NCBI GenBank assembly: GCA_944380355.1
Contig: CALWHJ010000007.1
Coordinates: forward strand, 8,497 to 72,496
Length of the DNA: 64,000 nucleotides
DNA from: an uncultured Christensenellaceae bacterium
Lineage (GTDB): Bacteria > Bacillota > Clostridia > Christensenellales > UBA3700
Direction of reading: 5' to 3'
The notes under the pieces were generated by a model. That model was not told the origin of the DNA and did no database searches. It saw only the letters and a program-made list of their open reading frames with translations. Of the stretch, positions 1 to 11,247 are shown one piece after another. Position 1 is the first letter of the stretch, and each line of letters starts with the position of its first letter. Position numbers and translations under genes: made by a program.

Positions 1-365
1 GCGCTGTTGAGAGAAACGTACGAGCGCGCGTATTCCTTATCGTCTATATAGCCGTACTTCTTGCATTTATCCAACGTATATTCGACTATCATTTTGCCGT
101 AGCCCTTTTCGTAGAGCTTGTTTTTGAGTATTTTTTCGGTGGGCGTATATCTCGAAATATATGTCAACGCATAATCGAAAGCCTTGTCTTTGTCGCTGTC
201 GAAAATGACCTTGTCGAGAGTGCTCTCGTCAATCTCCGTGCCTACGGCAAGTTTGTGATTGTATACGGCAATACGGCTTACTCCCGCATAAAATTTACCG
301 TCGACAAAGAGATTTACTCTGTCGATATTCTTGGATTGCAATGTTATGTCGGTAATTATTGCCAT
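1..365 (-). CDS. recX: RecX-like regulatory protein (C-terminal part cut off by the window edge)
   Basis: Absent from the ORF track because it runs off the left edge. Reverse-strand ATG at 363-365 with a GGAGAA RBS just upstream. My translation MAIITDITLQSKNIDRVNLFVDGKFYAGVSRIAVYNHKL...LKNKLYEKGYGKMIVEYTLDKCKKYGYIDDKEYARSYV has the typical Firmicute RecX N-terminus and helical-repeat pattern. Confidence 0.7.
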   Translation of the reverse strand, partial: MAIITDITLQSKNIDRVNLFVDGKFYAGVSRIAVYNHKLAVGTEIDESTLDKVIFDSDKDKAFDYALTYISRYTPTEKILKNKLYEKGYGKMIVEYTLDKCKKYGYIDDKEYARSYVSLNS

Positions 366-416
366 ATATTCTCCGTTATCTTTGAATTATCAACGCGTTG
401 CTATGCTTTTGACTTT

Positions 417-2375
417 TTATTTTCTCTTGCCTTTATCGGTGCGCTTTGTCTTTTGTGCAAAACGACTTTTAGAATTAATTTTCTTTTCTGTAGTTTTGCC
501 GTAGACTTTTGCCGCTCTTTCCGCGACTCTGCTCTTTCCTTCTTTTGCGCGTCTTTCGTTTGCTCTTTCGGTCGCAAGCTCTTTGGTGGGTCTTATAAGA
601 CAATGTTCGTCAAAGCCTATCAAATCCTCTCTTCCCGCCTCTTTGAGAGCTTCGGCAACTATCTGATAATTATTCTTCTTTCGGTATTGCATAAGCGCAC
701 GCTGCATAGCTTTTTCGCGCTTGCTTCTTGCCACGTAAACCTCTTTCATAGTGTCGGGATTTATGCCCGTATGGTACATACAAGTTGATTTCGTGGACGG
801 CGTAGGATAAAAGTCCTGCACCTGCTCGGGCATATATCCTATAGACTTCAGATACAGCGCTAGCCTTATCGCGTCTTTGAGAGTACAGCCGGGGTGCGAC
901 GATATGAGATAAGGTACGAGATATTGTTTTTTACCCAGTTTTCTGTTGATAGCGTCAAACTTTTCCTTAAATCTCAAATATACGTCGAAAGGCGGTTTGT
1001 TCATATTCTCGAGTGCGTTGTCGCTGACGTGCTCGGGCGCAACCTTGAGTTGTCCGCTGACGTGATGTTTGATAAGCTCGCGCAAGAATTCGTCGTTTTT
1101 GTCGTACATTACGTAATCGAATCTTATACCCGAGCGTACGAAAACTTTCTTTACTCCCTCAAGCTCTCTCAAAGTCTTAAGTAAGTCGAGATATTCGCTG
1201 TGGTCTACCTGCATTGCGGGACAAGGACGGTAGCCTATGCACGACTTGTCCTTGCATATTCCCTTGCCTATTTGCTTTGCGCAAGCGGGATTTCTGAAGT
1301 TTGCCGTAGGACCGCCTACGTCGTGAATATAACCCTTGAAGTCTTTGTCATTGACAAAGATTTCCGCCTCTTTGACGATATTTTCCTTACTGCGCTTTTG
1401 TACTATTCTGCCCTGATGAAAAGCTATCGCGCAATAGTTGCACGCGCCGAAACAGCCTCTGACGGAAGTCAACGAATACTTGACCTCTTCTATCGCGGGC
1501 ACACCCTCTTTATATACAGGGTGATATGTCCTCTCGTAGGGCAATGCGTAGACTTCGTCCATTTCCTTTACGGTGAGCGGATATTGCATAGGATTTTGCA
1601 CTAAATATTTATCTCCGTGCTTTTGCAAAAGCGTCTTTCCGTAATAGGGGTCATTGTTGGCATACTGCGTCTTAAAAGCGTGCACGTACTGCATTTTGTC
1701 CTCTCTTACCTGCTCGAAAGAGGGGCAAAACTCCGCTTTGTGTTCTTCTATTTCGCTCTTGAGCTTTGCCGAAAGTTTGTCAAAACTCTCTAGATAACAC
1801 GTGCCTCTCACGTCCCTTATCTTGTCGAGAGGAACGCCTTTTTGAGCCAGTCGGAAAATTTCCTTTATAGGTCGCTCGCCCATACCGTATATAAGCAAAT
1901 CGGCTTTTGAAGATACAAGAATGCTCGGCAAAACGCAGTCTTTCCAATAATCGTAGTGCGAAAATCTTCTGAGCGACGCTTCGATTCCGCCTATTATAAT
2001 CGGGCTGTCGGGATAGAGCCTTTTTAAGTTGTTGCAATACACGTCCACGCATCTGTCGGGGCGCATACCCGTCTTTCCGCCCTCACTGTACACGTCACGG
2101 GTACGCTTGATTTTGGCTACGGTATAGTTGTTGACCATACTGTCCACAACTCCGCTGGACACCATAAAACCGTACTTAGGCACGCCGAAACGCATATAAT
2201 CGCTATCGTTTTGAGGCTGAGCGACTATGGCTACGTCCACGCCGAGAGATTGCAAAAGGCGGGACACGATTGCGTGTCCGAAAGAGGGATGGTCGACGTA
2301 CGCCTCGCCTATGACGTAGACAACGTCCACTTGCCTGCCCTGTACTTCCTCTTTGGATATAGGTAAGAATGCCAT
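417..2375 (-). CDS. ygiQ: YgiQ-family radical SAM protein (UPF0313)
   Basis: 652-aa ORF. It has the N-terminal MAFLPISKEEV...DVVYVIGEAYVDHPSFG pattern typical of YgiQ, a CxxxCxxC motif (CFGACNYC), and a Lys/Arg-rich C-terminal tail. Confidence 0.85.
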   Translation of the reverse strand: MAFLPISKEEVQGRQVDVVYVIGEAYVDHPSFGHAIVSRLLQSLGVDVAIVAQPQNDSDYMRFGVPKYGFMVSSGVVDSMVNNYTVAKIKRTRDVYSEGGKTGMRPDRCVDVYCNNLKRLYPDSPIIIGGIEASLRRFSHYDYWKDCVLPSILVSSKADLLIYGMGERPIKEIFRLAQKGVPLDKIRDVRGTCYLESFDKLSAKLKSEIEEHKAEFCPSFEQVREDKMQYVHAFKTQYANNDPYYGKTLLQKHGDKYLVQNPMQYPLTVKEMDEVYALPYERTYHPVYKEGVPAIEEVKYSLTSVRGCFGACNYCAIAFHQGRIVQKRSKENIVKEAEIFVNDKDFKGYIHDVGGPTANFRNPACAKQIGKGICKDKSCIGYRPCPAMQVDHSEYLDLLKTLRELEGVKKVFVRSGIRFDYVMYDKNDEFLRELIKHHVSGQLKVAPEHVSDNALENMNKPPFDVYLRFKEKFDAINRKLGKKQYLVPYLISSHPGCTLKDAIRLALYLKSIGYMPEQVQDFYPTPSTKSTCMYHTGINPDTMKEVYVARSKREKAMQRALMQYRKKNNYQIVAEALKEAGREDLIGFDEHCLIRPTKELATERANERRAKEGKSRVAERAAKVYGKTTEKKINSKSRFAQKTKRTDKGKRK

Positions 2376-2518
2376 AATGATTTGCCTCTCTGTATCAGCC
2401 CGCTGTGTAAATTTGTCAGATTGCTTATTTTTGTACAGTCTGTTGCCGTATTATTCAGTATATCACATTTTCGCGTTTTGCTCAATACGCTTTTAAAATA
2501 TATGTATTATTTTGATAA

Positions 2519-2539
2519 AGCCCGACGGTGGTCGGGCTT
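2519..2539 (-). terminator. GC-rich hairpin downstream of purL (weak U tract)
   Basis: AGCCCGAC-ggtg-GTCGGGCT stem about 50 nt after the purL stop. The U-run on the minus strand is short (TTTAT), so termination efficiency is uncertain. Confidence 0.4.
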
Positions 2540-2586
2540 TTGCATTGCTTAAAGCTAAAAGATTTTTACTCTTTGTCAAGGGGCTA

Positions 2587-5500
2587 TTATTTGAAGTAGT
2601 CTACGCCGCTCTCGAAGAGTTTCATATCGTAATTACCCTCGACGTTTTTGTAGAGGTCCTTATCCAAACGCTCGATGTGTCCCATCTTGCCGAGCACTCT
2701 GCCGTCGGGAGAGATAATACCTTCGATAGCGTACATGCTTCCGTTGGGGTTGAAAGGAGACTGCATAGTAGCGTTGCGCGTCATATCCACGTACTGCGTA
2801 GCTACCTGACCGTTTTTGATAATCTTGTCAAGCTCTTCTTTGCTAGCGACAAATCTTCCCTCGCCGTGGCTTACGGGTACGGTGAATACGTCGTCTACGC
2901 GCACCTTAGAAAGCCAAGGAGATTTGTTGGTAGCAATTCTTATGTTGACCATAGTGGACACGTGGCGGGATATGTTGTTGAACGTGAGCGTAGGCGCTTG
3001 GGGCGTCTGCTCTCTTATATCGCCGTAGGGTACGAGACCGAGTTTGATAAGAGCCTGGAAACCGTTGCAAATACCGAGCGCAAGACCGTCTCTCTTATAG
3101 AGAAGTTCCATAACAGCCTCTGCAATACGGGGATTTTTAAAAGTGGTTGCGATAAACTTACCGCTGCCGTCAGGCTCGTCGCCGCCGCTGAATCCGCCGG
3201 GGAAAGCGATTATCTGACTTTGAGAAAGTGCCTTGACGATTTCCTTTGCGCTGTCCTCTATGTCTTTGGACGAACGGTTTTTGATTACCAGAATATTAGC
3301 CTTTGCTCCCGCTCTCTCGAATGCTCTTGCCGTATCGTATTCGCAGTTTGTTCCGGGGAATACGGGGATAAATACCTGAGGTTTGACTATATTGCGTGCA
3401 ACGTGAGGTTGTTTTCTTGCGCAGAATATGAGATTTTGCACTTCTCCGCTCGCGGGTGCGGTCGTGGGGAATACGTTGTCGAGCGTACCCTCGAAAGATT
3501 GCGCAGCAACCTCCATTTTGAGTTCCTTTCCGCAAAGGTCAGCCGTATGAGTTCCGTTGAGGACTGCGACAAGTTGAGCGTCAAACTCTTTGAGTTTGCC
3601 TATCTCGTCGGCAAGCACTACGAAGTCGCCGAATGCAGGCGCGAACAAATCTTCGGAAAGCTCGTTCCAGTCGGTACCTTCTTTGTTACCCATACAAGCC
3701 TTGAATACGCTTGCGACTACACCGCCCTCTTCAACTACGTTGATTGCCTTGATTTTGCCTGAAGCGCACTCGTCTTTGATTGCATCGTAAAGCGCGAGAG
3801 TTTTTGCAAAATCGGGAATACCGTATTCGTCCTTAGGTATAGCGATATGCCATATATTCTTTGCTCCCGACTTATAGCCGAAAGTATTGGTAATAATCTT
3901 GGAAGCCTTGTGTATGCCCATAGCGAAAGATATGAGCGTAGGAGGTACGTCGATATGCTCGAAAGTACCGCTCATACTGTCCTTGCCGCCTATCGCGCCT
4001 ACGCCGAAACCTATCTGAGCATAGAGCGCGCCGAGGAGTGCCGCAAGAGGCTGTCCCCATCTGTCCGCATCCTGATTAAGACGCTTGAAGTATTCTTGCA
4101 AAGAAAGTCTTACTGTCTTGACGTCTACGCCGCAAGCAACCTGCTTGGAGAGCGAAAGCAATATAGAATATATTGCGCCCGTAAAAGGAGAGGACGTCAT
4201 AAGCTGAGGAGAACAACCGTAAGTCGATACGGTAGCCGTATCCGTAAAGCCTTCTACGGGAGGCTTGCTTGCCATAGCTATTGCGGGAGTAAGCTGATAT
4301 TTACCGCCGAAAGGCATAAGTACGCTTGCCGCGCCTATCGTGCCGTCAAACATTTCTCCTAAGCCCTTTGTCGAGCATACGTTGAGACGAGAAAGCTCGC
4401 TGAGTATTGCTTGGTCAAATTCTCCCTTGTCGAAAAGCTGTTCTGTCTTTTCGTTGAGCTTGTCCATATAGTTACTTACGTTGTCGTCAACGTGAGCGTT
4501 TTGTCTTTGTTTTACGCCGTTGGTATCGAGGAATTTTCTCTTAAGGTCTACGATTACGTTGCCCGCGTAGAACATTCTCATTCTGCCGTTGTCCGTAACT
4601 TCTGCGACAGCCGTAGCCTGCAAGTTTTCTTTAGCGGAAAATTCTATGAATTTTTCCACGTCGTTTTTATCGAGTACGACAGCCATTCTCTCCTGAGATT
4701 CGCTTATCGCAAGTTCCGTACCGCTCAATCCCTCGTACTTCTTGGGTACTTTGTCGAGATAAATGTCGAGACTGTCCGCAAGCTCGCCGATAGCTACGCT
4801 TACGCCGCCCGCGCCGAAGTCGTTGCACTTGACGATAAGCTGAGCAACTTCCTTATTGCGGAAAAGTCTTTGAATTTTTCTTTCCGTGGGAGGATTACCC
4901 TTTTGCACTTCTGCTCCGCACACTTCTACGGATTTTTCGGTATGCGCTTTGGAAGAGCCTGTTGCGCCGCCGCAGCCGTCTCTGCCCGTCTCGCCGCCTA
5001 AAAGTACGATAATATCGCCCTTGACGGGTTTTCTTCTCACTACGTTTTCTTTGGGTGCGCCCGCAATAACGTAACCTGTTTCGAGACGCTTAGCGCGGTA
5101 ATTCTCGTGATACATCTCAGCTACCAAACCTGTGGAAAGTCCTATCTGATTGCCGTAGCTGGAATAGCCCGCAGCCGCAGTCTTTGTGATAACTCTCTGA
5201 GGGAGTTTGCCTTTGAGAGTAGTCGATATATCCTGCGTGGGGTCGCCGCTTCCCGTAACTCTCATAGCCTGATATACGTATGTTCTGCCTGAAAGAGGGT
5301 CTCTTATCGCGCCGCCGAGACACGTAGCCGCACCGCCGAAAGGCTCGATTTCCGTAGGATGGTTGTGAGTTTCGTTTTTGAACATAATCAGCCACTTTTG
5401 AGGCTTGCCGTCTACGTCTACGTCAACCTCTACCGAACAAGCGTTGATTTCGTCGCTCACGTCGAGATTGTCGAGTTTGCCCTCTTTTTTGAGTTTCTTG

Positions 5501-6324
5501 ACGGCAATGGTAGCTATATCCATAAGACAGGGATACTTGTCCTCTCTCTTGGAATTGAACTCCTCGTATAAATCGCGGTAAAGATCGAGAGCCTTTTGTA
5601 CGTGAGGGTTGTTGCTGTCGATTTTAATATCCGTAAGCTCGGTCGCGAAAGTCGTGTGTCTGCAATGGTCCGACCAGTAAGTGTCGATTACCTTGATTTC
5701 GCTCTCGGTAGGGTTGCGCTTTTCGCCCTTGAAGTAATCTCTTACGAAAGCCAAATCCTCTTTGCTCATAGCAAATCCCGTCTTTTTGTGGTACTCTGCT
5801 ATCTCCTCGTCGCTCATATCTATAAAGCCCTCGATTACGGGTACGGTAAGATTGAGCTGTACTTCCTGCTCGAGCGTAGCGGGAATTTCCATACTGCCTT
5901 CTCTGCTCTCAACGGGGTTGATAATGTACTTCTTGATTTTCTCGAAGCCCTTATCGTCCGCACCTTTGATTGCATAGAGTTTTGCGCACTTAATCAGAGG
6001 ACGCTTTGCCATAGACAACAGCTGTACGCACTGCATCGCGCTGTCCGCTCTCTGGTCGTACTGTCCGGGAAGGTACTCGACTACGAGCAATTTATATCCC
6101 TTAAGGTCGGGCAATTCCTCGTAGAGGTTGTCTACGGGTTGTTCGCTGAAGATAGTCGTCTTTGCCTTTGCATAGACTTCTTCGTCCAAATCCTCTATAT
6201 CGTATCTTATGAATTCTCTTACTTCGTCGACGTTTATTCCTACCACGTTTTTGATGTCGGCGGTAGTTTTCTTAGCCGATACGTTGTAACCCTCTTTTTT
6301 CTCAACGAAAATTCTCTTTACCAT
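2587..6324 (-). CDS. purL: Phosphoribosylformylglycinamidine (FGAM) synthase, single-chain large form
   Basis: 1245-aa ORF with PurS-like N-terminus, PurL AIR-synthase-related repeats and a C-terminal glutamine amidotransferase domain (FPGGFSGGDEPDGSGKF, GICNGFQAL). Confidence 0.95.
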   Translation of the reverse strand: MVKRIFVEKKEGYNVSAKKTTADIKNVVGINVDEVREFIRYDIEDLDEEVYAKAKTTIFSEQPVDNLYEELPDLKGYKLLVVEYLPGQYDQRADSAMQCVQLLSMAKRPLIKCAKLYAIKGADDKGFEKIKKYIINPVESREGSMEIPATLEQEVQLNLTVPVIEGFIDMSDEEIAEYHKKTGFAMSKEDLAFVRDYFKGEKRNPTESEIKVIDTYWSDHCRHTTFATELTDIKIDSNNPHVQKALDLYRDLYEEFNSKREDKYPCLMDIATIAVKKLKKEGKLDNLDVSDEINACSVEVDVDVDGKPQKWLIMFKNETHNHPTEIEPFGGAATCLGGAIRDPLSGRTYVYQAMRVTGSGDPTQDISTTLKGKLPQRVITKTAAAGYSSYGNQIGLSTGLVAEMYHENYRAKRLETGYVIAGAPKENVVRRKPVKGDIIVLLGGETGRDGCGGATGSSKAHTEKSVEVCGAEVQKGNPPTERKIQRLFRNKEVAQLIVKCNDFGAGGVSVAIGELADSLDIYLDKVPKKYEGLSGTELAISESQERMAVVLDKNDVEKFIEFSAKENLQATAVAEVTDNGRMRMFYAGNVIVDLKRKFLDTNGVKQRQNAHVDDNVSNYMDKLNEKTEQLFDKGEFDQAILSELSRLNVCSTKGLGEMFDGTIGAASVLMPFGGKYQLTPAIAMASKPPVEGFTDTATVSTYGCSPQLMTSSPFTGAIYSILLSLSKQVACGVDVKTVRLSLQEYFKRLNQDADRWGQPLAALLGALYAQIGFGVGAIGGKDSMSGTFEHIDVPPTLISFAMGIHKASKIITNTFGYKSGAKNIWHIAIPKDEYGIPDFAKTLALYDAIKDECASGKIKAINVVEEGGVVASVFKACMGNKEGTDWNELSEDLFAPAFGDFVVLADEIGKLKEFDAQLVAVLNGTHTADLCGKELKMEVAAQSFEGTLDNVFPTTAPASGEVQNLIFCARKQPHVARNIVKPQVFIPVFPGTNCEYDTARAFERAGAKANILVIKNRSSKDIEDSAKEIVKALSQSQIIAFPGGFSGGDEPDGSGKFIATTFKNPRIAEAVMELLYKRDGLALGICNGFQALIKLGLVPYGDIREQTPQAPTLTFNNISRHVSTMVNIRIATNKSPWLSKVRVDDVFTVPVSHGEGRFVASKEELDKIIKNGQVATQYVDMTRNATMQSPFNPNGSMYAIEGIISPDGRVLGKMGHIERLDKDLYKNVEGNYDMKLFESGVDYFK

Positions 6325-6436
6325 AATGTGTTCCTTAATATATTAATTATTAATTAATCAGTATTTAATTGATGTTGTCGATTTTATTGCCTAAGGTTTG
6401 TCAAATCCGACTGTCGAAGGCAAACTTAAACCGCTT

Positions 6437-7696
6437 TTATTTCTTTATGCCTATATCCGTGCGGTAGAATGCACCCTCGAAGGAGATTTTCTTGACGTTT
6501 TTATACGCCTTTTCTCTCGCCTCGTGAATATCCTTGCCCATAGCCGTAACGCCCAGCACTCTTCCGCCGTTGGTGTAGAGTTTTCCGTCCTTGAGCTTTG
6601 TACCCGCATGGAATACGATTACGTCCTTATCTATGTCGCCGATTGTGATTTCCATACCCTTTTTGTAACTCTCGGGATAACCGCCGCTTGCCATTACTAC
6701 GCATACGCAAGCCAAATCGTTCCACTCTATATCTATCTTGTCGAGAGTGCCGTCAACGACTGCGTTGAAAATATCGTACAAATCGGTCTTAAGACGAGGC
6801 AAAACAACCTGAGTTTCGGGGTCGCCGAAACGCGCGTTGTACTCTACTACTTTTGCGCCCTCGTCGGTCAGCATAAGTCCGAAGTACAATACGCCTTTAA
6901 AGGTTCTGCCCTCTTTGTTCATTGCGTCTACGGTAGGCAAAATGATTTTGTGCAATACCTCGTCGGCTACTTCGTCGGTATAAATCGCCGAAGGCGAGAA
7001 TGTGCCCATACCGCCCGTGTTGAGTCCTTGGTCGTTGTCGTAAGCGCGCTTATGGTCTCTCGCGTTGACCATAGGCACGATAGTCTTGCCGTCGCAGAAA
7101 GAAAGAATGGATACTTCCTGTCCTACCATAAATTCTTCGACGATGACAGTCTTGCCTGCGTCCTTGAACTTGGCGTCTATCATCATATCCTTTGCCGCCT
7201 GCAATCCCTCTTCTTTGGTATTGCAGATTATTACGCCCTTGCCGAGCGCAAGTCCGTCTGCCTTGACGACAAGAGGATATTTTGCGTTTTTGAGATGTTC
7301 TACTGCCTTTTCGTAGTCGTTGAATTCCTCGTAATCAGCGGTAGGGATACCGTACTTCTTCATAAGGTATTTTGAAAAAGCCTTGCTGCCCTCGATTATA
7401 GCCGCGTTTGCTCTCGGTCCGAAAGCTCTGTGTCCTCTCTCCTCCAGTCTGTCCACAAGTCCCGCTGCCAAAGGGTCGTCGGGTGCGACTACCGTGAGAG
7501 TTATGTCCTTGTGATTGTCCACAAAATCTACGATTTTGTCAAAGTCCATTACGCCTATATCCACGCACTCGGCAATCTCGCTTATACCGCCGTTGCCGGG
7601 AAGACAATAAATTTTGTCGATTTTCTTACTCTTTGCAAGCGCCCAACAAATCGTATGCTCTCTGCCGCCGCTGCCTATTACCAAAACGCTGTTCAT
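6437..7696 (-). CDS. purD: Phosphoribosylamine-glycine ligase
   Basis: 419 aa. MNSVLVIGSGGREHTICWAL start and ATP-grasp body, within the pur operon. Confidence 0.95.
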   Translation of the reverse strand: MNSVLVIGSGGREHTICWALAKSKKIDKIYCLPGNGGISEIAECVDIGVMDFDKIVDFVDNHKDITLTVVAPDDPLAAGLVDRLEERGHRAFGPRANAAIIEGSKAFSKYLMKKYGIPTADYEEFNDYEKAVEHLKNAKYPLVVKADGLALGKGVIICNTKEEGLQAAKDMMIDAKFKDAGKTVIVEEFMVGQEVSILSFCDGKTIVPMVNARDHKRAYDNDQGLNTGGMGTFSPSAIYTDEVADEVLHKIILPTVDAMNKEGRTFKGVLYFGLMLTDEGAKVVEYNARFGDPETQVVLPRLKTDLYDIFNAVVDGTLDKIDIEWNDLACVCVVMASGGYPESYKKGMEITIGDIDKDVIVFHAGTKLKDGKLYTNGGRVLGVTAMGKDIHEAREKAYKNVKKISFEGAFYRTDIGIKK

Positions 7697-7751
7697 ATTT
7701 ATCTCCTTATCTCCTTGATTTAGGGGTGAGGTTGTTCAGTAAAATTGATTA

Positions 7752-9290
7752 TCAGTGTTTGAAGTGTCTGTCGCCGCTGAATACCATAGCAATGCCGTAC
7801 TTGTCGCAAGCGTCGATAGAGAGTTGGTCTCTGATGCTTCCGCCCGGCTGCATTATAGCCGCGATACCGCCCTCGTGTGCCGCCTCTACGCAATCGTCGA
7901 AGGGGAAGAATGCGTCGGACGCTAGCACCGCGCCCTTAGTGTCGGTAAGCGAATGCTCGATTGCCTGCTTGGTAGCTCTTATTCTGTTGACCTGTCCGCA
8001 ACCTATACCGAGTATGGTCTTGTCCTTAGCCACTACGATAGCGTTGGACTTGGTGTGTTTGACGACCTTCATTGCAAAAACCATATCTTCAAACTGCTCT
8101 TTCGTAGGTTGAGCTTTGGTTACTGTCTTGCACTTGCTCTCGTCAACTACCGTTTTGTCGTACTCCTGTACCAAAAGTCCGCCGAGTACCTTTTTCATAT
8201 CGTAGCAGTTATCGGGAATAGGCTGAGCGATTTCGGGAAGTTTCAAAAGACGGATATTTGCCTTTTGCTCGAGAATTGCCAAAGCCTCTTCGGTAAAGTC
8301 GGGAGCAACTACTATCTCTATGAATATCTTGCTTATCTGCTCTGCCGTATCTTTGTCAATCGTACGGTTGGACGCGATAATTCCTCCGAAAATGGACGTA
8401 GGGTCTGCGGCGTTTGCTTTAAAGAAAGCCTCGCTTATCGTCTTAGCGGTAGCTACGCCGCAAGGGTTTGCGTGCTTGACGGCAACTATCGTAGGCTCGG
8501 TAAATTCTCTGAGCAAATCGAGCGCGCCGTTGGTATCGTTTATATTGTTGTAAGAAAGCTCCTTGCCGTGAAGCTGAACTGCCGTAGCGAGCGAGCCTTT
8601 GACGTCGAAAGCCTCTTTATAGAATACGGCTTTTTGATGAGGATTTTCGCCGTATCTCATATCCTGCGCCTTGTCGAAAGCCATAGTAAATTTTTCGGGG
8701 AATTCGATGTCGAGTTTCTGGCGCAAGTAATTTGCGATAAGGGTATCGTAATAAGAAGTATGCTGATATACCTTGTACATAAGGTAGAATTTGGTTTCTT
8801 TCTTAATACCGCCCTCTGAAAGCTCGTCGAGTACCTTTGCGTAGTCCTGAGGGTCTACGAGTACGGCTACGTCCTGATAGTTTTTAGCCGCGCTTCTGAG
8901 CATCGTAGGTCCGCCTATATCGATATTCTCTATAGCCGTCTGCAAATCGATACCGGGCTTCTTGACTGTTTCTTTGAAAGGATAGAGGTTGACTACTACT
9001 ATGTCGATAGGGTCGATTTCCATCTTCTTCAAAAAATCCATGTGCTCCTTGTTGTCTCTCATCGCCAAAAGTCCTGCGTGTACCTTGGGGTGCAAGGTCT
9101 TTACTCTGCCGTCGAGACACTCGGGGAAACCCGTAACGGAAGATATATCCACAGCCTTTACGCCAGCCTCGTTGAGGACCTTGAGCGTACCGCCCGTAGA
9201 TATGATGTCATATCCGTATGAAGTCAGTTTTTTTGCAAAATCGACGATACCCGTTTTGTCGGATACGCTGATAAGAGCTTTCTTTGCCAT
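7752..9290 (-). CDS. purH: Bifunctional AICAR formyltransferase / IMP cyclohydrolase
   Basis: 512 aa. [20 protein letters not shown]...GGTLKVL MGS-like N-terminus and a conserved C-terminus ...[11 protein letters not shown]. Confidence 0.95.
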   Translation of the reverse strand: MAKKALISVSDKTGIVDFAKKLTSYGYDIISTGGTLKVLNEAGVKAVDISSVTGFPECLDGRVKTLHPKVHAGLLAMRDNKEHMDFLKKMEIDPIDIVVVNLYPFKETVKKPGIDLQTAIENIDIGGPTMLRSAAKNYQDVAVLVDPQDYAKVLDELSEGGIKKETKFYLMYKVYQHTSYYDTLIANYLRQKLDIEFPEKFTMAFDKAQDMRYGENPHQKAVFYKEAFDVKGSLATAVQLHGKELSYNNINDTNGALDLLREFTEPTIVAVKHANPCGVATAKTISEAFFKANAADPTSIFGGIIASNRTIDKDTAEQISKIFIEIVVAPDFTEEALAILEQKANIRLLKLPEIAQPIPDNCYDMKKVLGGLLVQEYDKTVVDESKCKTVTKAQPTKEQFEDMVFAMKVVKHTKSNAIVVAKDKTILGIGCGQVNRIRATKQAIEHSLTDTKGAVLASDAFFPFDDCVEAAHEGGIAAIMQPGGSIRDQLSIDACDKYGIAMVFSGDRHFKH

Positions 9291-9514
9291 TTTTATACAC
9301 TCCTCAAAATTAATTACCTATTGAATTATTGCGATTTGATTATCGCGAGTACGCGCCGAAGCCTGACAAGTTACTCGGCATTGCGTACGCATACAATCTT
9401 TATATAAAGTCGTAAAGATAAAGCCGTCGCACGTTATTGCGCAATTGATATATCACCGCGTACAAATTGTTTTACGGTACAAACCTTTATCAAAAACCGT
9501 AACTTTTCTTCTCT

Positions 9515-10096
9515 TTATTCTCTGCAAAGTCTTGCGACCACTTCGGGAAGAAGTACGTGTTCGACCTCGAGAATACGCGCCTGAAGACTCTCGGGGCTAT
9601 CCCCTTCGAGGACGGGCACGCGTCTTTGTTCGATAATCTTGCCCGTGTCCGCGCCGTGGTCAACGTAATGCACGGTACAACCGCTCTCTTTATCTCCCGA
9701 AGCGAGTACGGATTTATGCACGTTAAGACCGTACATACCTACGCCGCAATGCTTGGGAATGAGCGAGGGATGAATATTGATAATTCTGCCCGCGTACTCG
9801 TCTACGAGTACGGGCGTAACGATAGCGAGATAGCCGGCAAGCACTATAAGGTCGATATTTTTGTCTTTGAGATAGTCGCTTATCGCCTTATCGCGAGAGA
9901 CGTTGTCCTTGTAATCGGCAAGCGTAAAAACTCTCGACTCGATATTGTGTTTTTTTGCTCTCTCGAGCGCATAGATACCCTCTTTGTTGGTAACTACCGC
10001 AACTACTCTTCCGTCAATTTTTCCGTTTTCTACGGCGTCGATAACGGACTGCATATCGCTGCCGCTGCCCGATGCGAAAACCGCTATGTTCTTCAT
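9515..10096 (-). CDS. purN: Phosphoribosylglycinamide formyltransferase
   Basis: 193 aa. MKNIAVFASGSGSDMQSVIDA and INIHPSLIP motifs. Confidence 0.9.
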   Translation of the reverse strand: MKNIAVFASGSGSDMQSVIDAVENGKIDGRVVAVVTNKEGIYALERAKKHNIESRVFTLADYKDNVSRDKAISDYLKDKNIDLIVLAGYLAIVTPVLVDEYAGRIINIHPSLIPKHCGVGMYGLNVHKSVLASGDKESGCTVHYVDHGADTGKIIEQRRVPVLEGDSPESLQARILEVEHVLLPEVVARLCRE

Positions 10097-10171
10097 ATAT
10101 TCCGTCCCGATAAAATGCCGAAAGACATAGCTTGAAAGTTATGTCTTCGGAATGCCCTTAGGGCGTTGATA

Positions 10172-11191
10172 TTAAAGTTCTACTTCGCCGTCCTTGTCGG
10201 TAACTTCACCGATTACGTACGCCTCTTCGCCGAGAGCTTTGAGCTCTTTGACTACCGCGTCTTTAATCGAAGGGTCAACCGCAAGCACCATACCTATACC
10301 CATATTGAAGGTATTGCACATCTTTCTGTCGTCGATACCCGCAATCTCCTGCAAAGCCTTGAATATTTTGGGAAGAGGATAACTCGTACGGTCGATTTTG
10401 ATACCCATACCCTTAGGTATGATTCTGGGTATGTTTTCGATAAATCCGCCGCCGGTAATATGAGCTATACCCTTGATTTCAAACTTCTCTATGAGCGCGA
10501 GAATAGTCTTGACGTAAATCTTGGTAGGCGTGAGTACGAGTTCTGCGGGAGTGCAGCCCAAAGTTTCGTTGTACTTAGTAAGGCTCTCTTTGTCCTCTCC
10601 GAAAAGTTTTCTCACGAGCGAATAGCCGTTGCTGTGAATACCGCTCGACGCGATACCTACGAGGCTGTCCCCTACTTTGATGTTTTTGCCGTTGATAATC
10701 TTGTTTTTCTTGACGATACCTACCGCAAAACCTGCAATATCGTATTCGTCCTCAGCGTAAAATCCCGGCATCTCCGCCGTTTCGCCGCCGATGAGCGCAC
10801 AGCCCGACTGACAGCAGCCTTCGCTTACGCCCTTTACTATGTCGGCTACTCTCTCGGGTATGAGTTTGGACTGAGCGATATAGTCGAGGAAGAGCAAAGG
10901 TTTTGCACCCTGACATACTATATCGTTTACGCACATAGCAACCGCGTCTATACCGATAGTATCGTGCTTGTCGAGTACGAAAGCGTATTTGAGTTTGGTA
11001 CCTACGCCGTCCGTACCGGCTACGAGACAGTCGCTGTCTTCCTTATCTCCGAGCGCGTAAAAGCCGCCGAAGCTGCCCAAATCGCCGAGCACGTTGTCGT
11101 TGTACGTCTTTTTGACGTACTCTTTCATTAGTTTGACCGCCTTGTAACCCGCCTCAACGTCTACGCCTGCGGACTTGTAATCTATTGCCAT
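10172..11191 (-). CDS. purM: Phosphoribosylformylglycinamidine cyclo-ligase (AIR synthase)
   Basis: 339 aa. [12 protein letters not shown] and GTDGVGTKL motifs. Confidence 0.95.
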   Translation of the reverse strand: MAIDYKSAGVDVEAGYKAVKLMKEYVKKTYNDNVLGDLGSFGGFYALGDKEDSDCLVAGTDGVGTKLKYAFVLDKHDTIGIDAVAMCVNDIVCQGAKPLLFLDYIAQSKLIPERVADIVKGVSEGCCQSGCALIGGETAEMPGFYAEDEYDIAGFAVGIVKKNKIINGKNIKVGDSLVGIASSGIHSNGYSLVRKLFGEDKESLTKYNETLGCTPAELVLTPTKIYVKTILALIEKFEIKGIAHITGGGFIENIPRIIPKGMGIKIDRTSYPLPKIFKALQEIAGIDDRKMCNTFNMGIGMVLAVDPSIKDAVVKELKALGEEAYVIGEVTDKDGEVEL

Positions 11192-11247
11192 ATTGATTTC
11201 TCCTGAATTTTAACTAGCTTGTCCGATATTGAGTGCTTAAAGAAAGA